From Candidatus Aegiribacteria sp. (GTDB taxonomy: Bacteria; Fermentibacterota; Fermentibacteria; Fermentibacterales; JCC-6): a stretch of 10,921 bases of DNA. This document shows positions 1 through 7,210 of the stretch, piece after piece. Position numbers and translations under genes: made by a program. The notes beneath the pieces are model-generated. The model searched no databases. It was not told the DNA's origin and worked only from the letters and a program-made list of their open reading frames with translations. The stretch lies in NCBI GenBank assembly GCA_046498225.1, contig JAWOBF010000027.1:1-10921 (forward strand). Direction: 5' to 3'. Position 1 is the stretch's first letter; every line of letters begins with the position of its first letter.

Positions 1-656
1 ACACAGACATATCCGTACTCCGGATGTTCTTCAATGGCTATTCCCACGTAGCGGAAATCCGGATTCAGCAGATTGATCCTGTGCCCCCTGTCCGCCACGC
101 CGTCATCTATCAGCAGAATGGCGACTATTTCCCTGCCGTTGCAGGGTCCGAAGGCTATCACCTCTCCTATGGTCCCGTGCCAGTCGGCATAGCGCTCGAT
201 CCTGGTGTCGAACGTTGAGCCGTCACTGCCCGTATGTCCCCTGTTCCCTGTCTCCGAGTGATCCACAGCATGGTCTTCCGCGGCCAGGCTGATAGTATGC
301 GATGGCAGGAGAACTCCAGCTGGTTCGGTCTCCATCATGTCGGATACGCATTCTGCCACGGCATGCTCACCTTCCGTCGTTCTCTGAATGGGGCCACCGG
401 GCTCGAGGTAATCGGTCCCGGAGAAGAACCGTATCCTTGGTTCTATGTAATCCTCGGCGTACCCGGCCGGGTCAGTCCTGGCCATGTTCAGATGAAGAAT
501 GACATCCTTCTCCATCTCGCTCAGATAATCCACATCGGCCGCTGTTGAAAGGTCATCCATAGGTCTTCCGTATACGGAAGAAACCCCGGCTGCAAGAACT
601 GACAGTCCCGCAAGCAGGACGGTCCTCGCCACATTTTCCACTGCTCCCGGTTTCAT
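1..656 (-). CDS. CAP/SCP-domain extracellular protein, 3'-truncated by the window edge
   Basis: Hand translation (not in the ORF track) is open from ATG at 656 to the window start: MKPGAVENVARTVLLAGLSVLAAGVSSVYG (signal-like)...EKDVILHLNMARTDPAGYAE...AAEDHAVDHSETGNRGHTGSDGSTFDTRIERY...GEVIAFG...LLIDDGVADRGHRINLLNPDFRYVGIA..HPEYGYVCV. The HTGSDGS and GHR.NLL motifs are typical of bacterial CAP domains. SD-like GAAAGGGA upstream. Confidence 0.88.
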   Translation of the reverse strand, partial: MKPGAVENVARTVLLAGLSVLAAGVSSVYGRPMDDLSTAADVDYLSEMEKDVILHLNMARTDPAGYAEDYIEPRIRFFSGTDYLEPGGPIQRTTEGEHAVAECVSDMMETEPAGVLLPSHTISLAAEDHAVDHSETGNRGHTGSDGSTFDTRIERYADWHGTIGEVIAFGPCNGREIVAILLIDDGVADRGHRINLLNPDFRYVGIAIEEHPEYGYVC

Positions 657-741
657 ATTCAGTCCCTTTCTTCCATCAGTTCCGTATTCTAATCGATACT
701 GGGGCCAGGCGTGCGGAAACCGTGTGATCATCCTCCGGCTA

Positions 742-771
742 TTGACCGGTGGCTCCCACGGAAAGTATTAT
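742..771 (+). promoter_or_regulatory. Candidate sigma70-type promoter for the 875..1873 gene
   Basis: TTGACC (742-747), 18-nt spacer, TATTAT (766-771) in the divergent intergenic region. Consensus match only. Confidence 0.35.
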
Positions 772-874
772 TAAACGGGTAGGAAATTGTTCCCTGCTGC
801 GCGGAAGAGCATCAGAATTACACTGTATATTCTCCGTGAACTCTCCATTCAGATCTCATTATGAAGGGAATCAC

Positions 875-1873
875 ATGAAAGCTATTCTTCTGATGATACC
901 GATCCTTCCGGCCCTTGCGCTGGGAGCCTCGGTGGTTAACAGCTTCGATGCTCCTGATACCGGCATTTCGGCGCTTGCCTGGGACGGCGCCAGCCTCTGG
1001 GCCGTGGATGGCACCACTCAGAACGTATACGAACTCGATCCATCCGACGGCACTGTTCTGTCCAGCTTCTACATCATGGACCAGACCCCCACCTACGACC
1101 CGGTTCCCGGGGGGGCCACCTTTCTCGGAAGCACTCTGTACGTAACCATGTACTACAGCAACAGCTACGGTCAGGTTTACAAGTACGACAGCGACGGAAC
1201 CTACCAGGGGTCGTTCGACGTCTACTGTTGAGGCAGCTCCATCTACTCGTCGGTGACGGGTTTAGGAAACAACGGAAGCTACCTTATGGTCTACGGCAAC
1301 AATTATTCCGGCAACCCCGTAATTCAGCAGTTCAGCACCGCGGGGGCAACAAGCAGCATCTATATGAGCAGCTTTCCCGGCCTCGGTTCCACGGCGTACG
1401 ATGTAGCCTGGATAAGCGGCGGTATCTGGATAGCCAGGGACGAAGCAGACAGCCCCATAGTCGCCTACGACACCAGCGGTCTCATGGTGGGTCATGTGGA
1501 CGGGTCCACAGTGAGCGCCGCCATGGGCCTTACCATAGACGAAGAGGGCTATCTCTGGGCCTCCAATCCGGATGAAGACACCATCTGCCAGCTGGACGTA
1601 TCCACCGGCATAGGCGAAGGAACTACACCCTATCCCGGCGGCAGGAACATATCCCTGAGCAGGAACCCCTTCGTGTCCTCCGTAGTGATTACCGCCGAGG
1701 GTTTCAGCAGCGCCACCATAGAGATCTTCGACCTCACGGGAAGAAGGGTTCACGTGGACAGTTTCTCCGGTGTCTACACATGGAACGCGATGAACATGCC
1801 CGCAGGTTCCTACCTGGCCCGGGTGAGCGACGGCACGGGGTCCGCCACTACCAGGTTCACCAGGATTCACTAG
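875..1873 (+). CDS. Secreted five-bladed beta-propeller protein with T9SS type-A-like C-terminal sorting domain; in-frame TGA at 1229-1231, probable selenocysteine (Cys118-Sec119), 332 aa
   Basis: ATG 875 has SD GAAGGGA (863-869) and a signal peptide MKAILLMIPILPALALGA. The frame reads ...SFDVYC-TGA-GSSIYSSVTGLGNNG... and continues without another stop to TAG 1871-1873. About five 40-50 aa blade repeats span the TGA. The C-terminus ISLSRNPF...IEIFDLTGRRV...WNAMNMPAGSYLARV...TRFTRIH resembles a Por secretion tail. Confidence 0.8.
1245..1261 (+). promoter_or_regulatory. Putative bacterial SECIS element
   Basis: ACUCGUC-GGU-GACGGGU: 7-bp stem (one G-U pair) starting 14 nt after the UGA, with apical loop GGU at 1252-1254. 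A possible lower pairing is UCC(1238-1240)/GGA(1265-1267). Folded by eye. Confidence 0.65.
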
Positions 1874-1886
1874 TTCCAGCCGCATC

Positions 1887-1914
1887 GCAGGGCGGTCCTC
1901 AACGGCCGCCCTGC
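1887..1914. terminator. GC-rich hairpin between convergent genes, probable terminator or mRNA 3'-stabilising stem
   Basis: GCAGGGCGGTC-ctcaac-GGCCGCCCTGC, an 11-bp stem (one G-U) starting 14 nt after the TAG at 1873. No strong U-tract follows. Confidence 0.55.
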
Positions 1915-2039
1915 CTCTATCGGTCTTTCCCTATCAGCCGGTACGGAGCGTGCAGCGTCCGGACAAATCCATGAATTCAATCATGTGTTTATATTGGCAG
2001 ACATCAATTTACCCCAATTGCGTCAAACTCTGGAAGCTG

Positions 2040-3017
2040 CTATTCGGCGGTGAACTCCACCAGTGAGAACCACTTCCTCTCATCGGTAAAAACATTACTG
2101 ATCTGAAGGCCGCTGATCGATGATAAAGCGGTTATATCGTCCATGGTGTACTTGTATGAGTTCTCGGTATGTATCGATTCGCCCTTTTCAAGTATGAGAG
2201 GCTCTGACAAAAAGGGACTGTTCACAGTGATATGTTCCGACGCCACAAGGTGCATCTCTACCCTGTTCTTTCCCGAATTGAAGTAAGCAGAATGGTCAAA
2301 GCGGGATGGATCAAAATCGCTTCTGAGTGACCTGTTGACCACCTTCAGCATGTTGCGGTTGAATTCAGCGGTGTGACCGCTGTCATCATTGTAGGCCCGT
2401 TCGAGGACCTGAGTATCCTTTACCATGTCCAGTCCGAGAAGAAGGCGGTCACCCGGCATCATTATGTGTTCAAGATGCTTCGTGAACAGTTCCGCTTCTA
2501 TTCTTTCCAGGTTGCCTATGGTGCTTCCGAAGAAGCAGAACAGTCTTCCTGACCCATCAGGTATTGACTGGATATCATTCTGGAAATCAGCTATCAAACC
2601 GTGGATCTGGAGATCCGGGTAGCGCTCCAGAAGGGTTGTGGCGGATTTCATGACGGCTGATCTGCTGATGTCTACGGGTATGTAACGTGTTCCGGCCATC
2701 AGGCCGTCCGGTATGCAATCCAGAAGGATGGTGATCTTTGAACAGTCCCCGCTGCCGAGTTCGATGATGTCGGTACTGCCGATATCTTCCACAACGGTCG
2801 GGAAAGCATCCTGCATTATCTTCTTTTCCGTGCTGGTAAGATAGTATTCATCGAGCCCGGTGATCCTCTCGAAGAGTCGCGATCCCTCCCCGTCATAGAA
2901 GTACTTTGATGGTATGGATCTGGGAGGTTTCAGCAGGCCGTCCAGTATCTCGGCCCTGACATCCTCCCCTGAGAGAGGTCTGTAGCAGTCGGTGATCCTG
3001 ATGCGCTCCGACAGCAT
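2040..3017 (-). CDS. egtD: L-histidine N-alpha-methyltransferase (EgtD/EanA type), 325 aa
   Basis: Family motifs IPSKYFYDGEGSRLFERIT..EYYLT, IELGSGD (SAM binding), FFGSTIGNL, AYND..G.TAEFN.N.L, RVEMHL and IHTENSYKY. Confidence 0.93.
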   Translation of the reverse strand: MLSERIRITDCYRPLSGEDVRAEILDGLLKPPRSIPSKYFYDGEGSRLFERITGLDEYYLTSTEKKIMQDAFPTVVEDIGSTDIIELGSGDCSKITILLDCIPDGLMAGTRYIPVDISRSAVMKSATTLLERYPDLQIHGLIADFQNDIQSIPDGSGRLFCFFGSTIGNLERIEAELFTKHLEHIMMPGDRLLLGLDMVKDTQVLERAYNDDSGHTAEFNRNMLKVVNRSLRSDFDPSRFDHSAYFNSGKNRVEMHLVASEHITVNSPFLSEPLILEKGESIHTENSYKYTMDDITALSSISGLQISNVFTDERKWFSLVEFTAE

Positions 3018-3029
3018 GGCCTGCCCCGG

Positions 3030-4319
3030 CTATTCCGGGATGCCGACTTCGATGGGATTGGAGGGATCGTTGCTCCACTCCATCCATCCGCCGTCAAATA
3101 CGGCAATATCATTCCAGCCGAGGAGGTAGGTGTTCAGGAACGCTTCACTGGCCCTCCAGCCGGTACCGCAGTAGAACGCGATCCGCTTGTCCCGGGTTAT
3201 ACCGGATTCAATCCAGTTCCTCTCGATCTCACCGTATTCCCGGGTCGTGTGATCAGGGTTCCTGAAGTTTTCCATGTGGTAGGCGTCGCTCCCGCAGTCA
3301 CCGAAGATGGCTCCGGGTATGCGCCCCTTCACATCTATGTAGTTATAGCCGCTGACCTCTCCTATGAATTCCTTCCAGCTTCGAATGCTGACCAGTTCTC
3401 CCTCGCTGGAGGCAAGCAGTTCCTTCGCCCCGGGAACGTCCACCATTATTCCGGGACGGCCGGGAATATCGGCCCCGAAATCATCCACCCCGTCAGGAGT
3501 CACCGTATCGGTTGATGTACCGAATCCGCAGGCTGTCCAGGACATGAGCCCTCCGTTCAGGACCCTCACGTCCCGAACACCGGCGTACATCATGATAACG
3601 GCGCACCGAATGGCGGCTATCTGTCCGGCGTTGCTGCCGGGGAACGGGTCCCGGTTGTCCGGGTCGGAGAACCTGCCGTAGGTGATCACCGTGGTATCAT
3701 GGGTTATGCCGTTTTTCTCCAGGGAATTCCTCAGTTCCTGCGGCGTCCTTCGGTTCCACAGATGCGGCTCCTCCAGTTCCAGGGTATCCAGGGGAATGGC
3801 ACCTTCAATGTGTCCCAGAGCGTAATCGTCCGGATTTCTGTAATGGGCATGACATACAACGAACCTGTTGCCATCGTATTCTTCCGGACTCTCTCCCTTC
3901 AGCAGCCTGCTCAACCACTCAGGGTGTACGAGGTGTCGGAACCTCGGAAGGCGTTCCATGGGCAGTCCGGGGTCCGCAGACCACTCCCTCAGAAAGCCTT
4001 CGTAGATCAGGACATTCTCGTAGCCCTCTTCGACCAGCGCTTCCGCGACCTTCCGGGCTTCCTCATCATCGTAGCCGTAGACGACGACCCTGCTCTTTCT
4101 TTCAATTTCCTTTTCCGCGAGTATGTCCTTCCAGTATTCCGCGCCGGTCCAGCCCGCCCGGAGATTCCTGGCCCCGGGAAGGTGGCCACCTCTCTCCTCG
4201 GCTTTCAACCTCCAGCCGTTGTAGGCATCCGGCCTTCTTGCGTCCACCGGTACTGTATCCGGTCCGTCCACCAGCCCAAGCAGCTCCTGTGTACTGATAC
4301 TCTTTATTCCATTCGGCAT
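3030..4319 (-). CDS. eanB: Triple-rhodanese-domain sulfurtransferase, EanB/YnjE type (probable anaerobic ergothioneine synthase), 429 aa
   Basis: Three rhodanese modules (GHLPGA, GHIEGA, GRIPGA), active-site loop FYCGTGWRASE, upstream SGYNYI, and C-terminal VFDGGWMEW. No signal peptide. Directly upstream of the egtD-type gene. SD AGAGGGA. Confidence 0.85.
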   Translation of the reverse strand: MPNGIKSISTQELLGLVDGPDTVPVDARRPDAYNGWRLKAEERGGHLPGARNLRAGWTGAEYWKDILAEKEIERKSRVVVYGYDDEEARKVAEALVEEGYENVLIYEGFLREWSADPGLPMERLPRFRHLVHPEWLSRLLKGESPEEYDGNRFVVCHAHYRNPDDYALGHIEGAIPLDTLELEEPHLWNRRTPQELRNSLEKNGITHDTTVITYGRFSDPDNRDPFPGSNAGQIAAIRCAVIMMYAGVRDVRVLNGGLMSWTACGFGTSTDTVTPDGVDDFGADIPGRPGIMVDVPGAKELLASSEGELVSIRSWKEFIGEVSGYNYIDVKGRIPGAIFGDCGSDAYHMENFRNPDHTTREYGEIERNWIESGITRDKRIAFYCGTGWRASEAFLNTYLLGWNDIAVFDGGWMEWSNDPSNPIEVGIPE

Positions 4320-4343
4320 GAATATCCCTCTGTTTCCGTTAAC

Positions 4344-5084
4344 TCAGCGGTACTCCGGGTTGGGATGGTCGAATCTGCAGCCGCTTTCCCAGAGTGAACG
4401 CTGGTTGCCGTGAGCGGGTATTCCACCCCTGTCCCCGAGCAGTTTTGCCATATGAAGAAGGTTCCAGGTCATGAAGGTCGTGTTGCGGTTGGTGAAGTCG
4501 TTCTCAGGGCCGCCGGAACCGGGGTCGAGATAGGAGGGACCCGGACCCACTTCCCCTATCCATCCCGCGTCGGCCTGGGGCGGTATAAGATACCCGAGAT
4601 GCTGAAGGGAGTAGAGTATGTTCATGGCGCAGTGCTTTACGCCATCCTCGTTACCGGTTATCAGACAGCCACCCACTCTTCCGTAGTAAATGTACTGTCC
4701 GGACTCGTTCAGTTCCCCCGAGCTGGAATAGAGACGCTCGATGACGCGGGAACAGACCGATGACTTCGCTCCCAGCCAGATAGGAGAACCGATGACCAGG
4801 ATATCGGCCGCAAGGACCTTCTTGTATATCTCAGGCCAATCATCCCTTTCCACGCCATGCTCGGTCATATCCGGATAGACCCCTGGAGCTATCCGGTGGT
4901 CCACCGCTCTTATCACTTCCACTGAAACCCCGTTTTTTACCATGATGGCCCTGGAAACATCGATAAGCCCCCTGGTATGGGATGTCCTGGGAGTTTTTTT
5001 CAGTGTGCAGTTCAAGAAAAGGGCTCTGAGGTCGGAAAAATCCCTCTCATCGTCTTCGCCGGGACATTCGTTCTCTTCATTCAT
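4344..5084 (-). CDS. Flavodoxin-fold / NAD(P)H-dependent FMN reductase family protein, 246 aa
   Basis: ALFLNCTLKK..SHT.GL, ADILVIGSPIWLG..SS...VIERL, GCLITGNEDGVKH. Lacks the CxxCxxC cluster motif. SD AGGGGG upstream. Confidence 0.85.
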   Translation of the reverse strand: MNEENECPGEDDERDFSDLRALFLNCTLKKTPRTSHTRGLIDVSRAIMVKNGVSVEVIRAVDHRIAPGVYPDMTEHGVERDDWPEIYKKVLAADILVIGSPIWLGAKSSVCSRVIERLYSSSGELNESGQYIYYGRVGGCLITGNEDGVKHCAMNILYSLQHLGYLIPPQADAGWIGEVGPGPSYLDPGSGGPENDFTNRNTTFMTWNLLHMAKLLGDRGGIPAHGNQRSLWESGCRFDHPNPEYR

Positions 5085-5143
5085 ATTGAAACAACCCCCT
5101 GGATCAAGATAGATAAATGGTTACCTGAATACTGCTTCAACAT

Positions 5144-5171
5144 ATAATACCATAATGATGGGTAATGACAA
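5144..5171 (-). promoter_or_regulatory. Candidate sigma70-type promoter for the flavodoxin-eanB-egtD operon
   Basis: Minus strand: TTGTCA (5171-5166), 16-nt spacer, TATTAT (5149-5144) preceded by TGn (extended -10), in an AT-rich intergenic region. Confidence 0.45.
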
Positions 5172-5197
5172 TGAGACTTCACTGGAAGGTATCGAAA

Positions 5198-5237
5198 CTC
5201 ATGTTAACTCCAAAGTATTAACTATAGTTAACAGGAG
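5198..5237. promoter_or_regulatory. Overlapping inverted repeats, candidate transcription-factor operator
   Basis: Perfect 14-bp palindrome TTAACTATAGTTAA (5218-5231) overlapping a larger inverted repeat CTCaTGTTAACT-N16-AGTTAACAgGAG (5198-5237). Confidence 0.45.
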
Positions 5238-5315
5238 GGGAGGATTAAAGATTACGTGAATCCGTTCTTTATAAGCGAATAAATAGAAATATCCATCAGA
5301 AAAGAATGGATTCCT

Positions 5316-5903
5316 CTACCGGCCTTGCTCAGTCTGATGAAGCTTGTTCAGAAGCCATGCCATATTCTGCCCGAGTATGCTCATCGTGCGCATTCCCTCA
5401 TCGTCATCCTTCACTTCGCCTTCAGCCTGACCGATGCCGAGGTTCCAGTAGCACGAACCCGGAACTATCATCTGGTTTATCAGGAAGAACTTGTTGACGG
5501 CATCGAAAACGTTGGCGGCCCCTGCCCTTCGTACCGCCACCACCGCGGCCCCCGCCTTGCGTCGCAGCAGCCTCCCGTTGGCCATTGAGACCAGTCCGGC
5601 CCTGTCGATGAAAGCCTTGACCTCTGTGCTTACATTGGAGAAGTAGGTGGGCGAGCCTATGATGATGCCGTCCGCCTTGAATACGCTCTCAAGAATAGCA
5701 TTCAGGTCGTCATCTACAATGCATTTTCCGTTCATCTCTTCCCTGCATTTTCCGCAGGCCCTGCAGCCGTGAATGTTCTTACCGCCAAGCTGCAGGCACT
5801 CGGTCCGTATACCTTCATTCTCCAGTTCCGACAGAACAACCCTGATAAGGGTGGAGGTATTGCCATGTTCCCTGGGGCTGCCGTTAAGAGCCGTTACTTT
5901 CAT
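5316..5903 (-). CDS. Iron-sulfur flavoprotein (Isf-like, flavodoxin family), 195 aa
   Basis: The likely start is ATG 5903, MKVTALNGSPREHGNT. Compact Cys motif CRACGKCREEMNGKC, plus ADGIIIGSPTYF and VAVRRAG. Overlaps the end of the upstream peptidase gene by 20 nt. Confidence 0.9.
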   Translation of the reverse strand: MKVTALNGSPREHGNTSTLIRVVLSELENEGIRTECLQLGGKNIHGCRACGKCREEMNGKCIVDDDLNAILESVFKADGIIIGSPTYFSNVSTEVKAFIDRAGLVSMANGRLLRRKAGAAVVAVRRAGAANVFDAVNKFFLINQMIVPGSCYWNLGIGQAEGEVKDDDEGMRTMSILGQNMAWLLNKLHQTEQGR

Positions 5904-7155
5904 AGTCCACTTCTTTCCGTTTACTGTGTTCATTCGATACTCGTTCGCAGATGAGACTGAGAGCACGGGCGATATCTGCAAGCCTGCCGAAGTCAACGAT
6001 CTCAATTCTGTCTTTAGTTGTATGGGTTATCTCCTGACTGTCGATGTTGTCGGTGAACCACAGGGAGGATACGGCCATCGCGGGGCATCCGTTCTGAATG
6101 AAGATGCTGTGGTCCCCCTGGGGCCAGGGGGGACCCTCCGTTATGCTGTCGAACTCATCCATGACCGCCCTCGCGATATTCTCCATATTCTTCGGCAGGC
6201 TGTAGAACGAGAATGCCGAAGGACCCTCACTGTATCCCGCTCCATCGATATTGATGTTCATGAGAATATTGTCGAACCGGTCCCGGTTCCTGCGCAGGTA
6301 GAGCATCTGTCCGGCAGCGGCGTAGTAGTCTTCTCCGTTGAGGGCGACTATCTCCACCTGAACCGGACCCCCGTACTCGGAGAGAACTCCGGCCATGAGA
6401 AGAAGGACGGCGACGCCGGAAGCGTTGTCTATGGCGCCGGGAGTTCCTTTCTTTGCGTCGATATGGGCGGTTACCACGATTCTTCCGGCGGAAGGTCCGC
6501 CCCTTCTGGCCACCACATTGAAGCCTCCACCCGGAATACGCTCCGCCCTCGAGGAGAGTTTCACCGTATCCCCCGCGAAAGCCAGCAGCCTGCTGCCCTC
6601 CTCCTCTGTCATGTAAACGGAGGGTATGTGGAAATCGCCGTCCTCTATCAGCGGGAACGGGTAGACTCCCCCCGCGAGTGACGCATTTCTTCCCGTCGCG
6701 CAGGCAATGGCCGCGGGTTTACCGGTATCGAGCAGCGAGATGATTCTCCTGTGCTTCTCCGGGTTGTAGAAGACAAAGTTCCTGGGCATGAGCTGCTCGC
6801 CCGCGATTTCCCCATGAAGCAGTACTACCTTTCCTCCGATATCCGCATGCTCCAGCTCCTCCACCCCCGATATCCCCACCAGCTCCTCCTCCACATCGCA
6901 CCCGATGGAGTAGGGGCTGGGGAAGACCTGGAAAAAGTTCTCGCCCACGGAGAGTTCCGCTCCACCGTCCATCCAGTCCATGGCTTCGAATTCCTGTTTC
7001 TCGGTTTCCCATCCGAGAGATGATATCTCCCTCTCGAAGAAATCAGCAGCCATCCTGTTTCCCCGGCTTCCCACGGAACGCTCCCGTATCTCCTCACACA
7101 GCTTCTCCATGTAGCGCAGGCAATGCCGCTCGAGGCTCTTCTCACAAGTTTTCAC
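5884..7155 (-). CDS. M28 family metallopeptidase with PA-like insert, no signal peptide, about 423 aa
   Basis: Likely GTG start at 7155 with SD GAAAGGA. Motifs TAHIDA, PGAIDNASG, NGED, NINIDGAG, QGDHSIF and HTTKD; PA-like segment ADIGGKVVLL. Confidence 0.88.
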   Translation of the reverse strand: MKTCEKSLERHCLRYMEKLCEEIRERSVGSRGNRMAADFFEREISSLGWETEKQEFEAMDWMDGGAELSVGENFFQVFPSPYSIGCDVEEELVGISGVEELEHADIGGKVVLLHGEIAGEQLMPRNFVFYNPEKHRRIISLLDTGKPAAIACATGRNASLAGGVYPFPLIEDGDFHIPSVYMTEEEGSRLLAFAGDTVKLSSRAERIPGGGFNVVARRGGPSAGRIVVTAHIDAKKGTPGAIDNASGVAVLLLMAGVLSEYGGPVQVEIVALNGEDYYAAAGQMLYLRRNRDRFDNILMNINIDGAGYSEGPSAFSFYSLPKNMENIARAVMDEFDSITEGPPWPQGDHSIFIQNGCPAMAVSSLWFTDNIDSQEITHTTKDRIEIVDFGRLADIARALSLICERVSNEHSKRKEVDYESNGS

Positions 7156-7210
7156 TGGTTCCTTTCGGTCCGATTCCGACTGCACGAGGACATCTGATAT
7201 CTTGCGGCAA

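Noticed and set aside
24..548. Plus-strand ORFs 24..218, 234..548 and 302..502
   Set aside because: Antisense to the CAP-domain gene.
749..874. N-terminal extension of the ORF-track call 749..1231
   Set aside because: ATG 875 has a clear SD and begins a signal peptide; the extension overlaps the putative promoter and does not look protein-like.
778..874. Riboswitch or ncRNA in the leader of the propeller gene
   Set aside because: No recognisable aptamer motif or strong stem by eye; an Rfam/Infernal search would be needed.
1229..1231. Genome-wide UGA reassignment (Trp or Gly) as the explanation for the in-frame TGA
   Set aside because: TGA ends three otherwise complete genes here (4344, 7796, 9488), and none of the other long genes contains an internal TGA.
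1253..1873. Independent gene starting at GTG 1253
   Set aside because: No SD, no signal peptide despite a secretion tail, starts mid-repeat, and the GTG lies in the SECIS-like loop.
1262..1885. 207-aa minus-strand ORF
   Set aside because: Antisense shadow of the propeller gene with no recognisable motifs.
2040..4319. Selenoneine synthesis by the EanB/EgtD pair, suggested by the neighbouring selenoprotein candidate
   Set aside because: No senA, senB or senC-type genes are in the window, the rhodanese catalytic residue is a normal Cys, and proximity alone is not evidence.
4300..4346. Selenocysteine read-through at the flavodoxin TGA
   Set aside because: No Cys context, only a weak AU-rich hairpin follows, and the downstream gene has its own SD and ATG.
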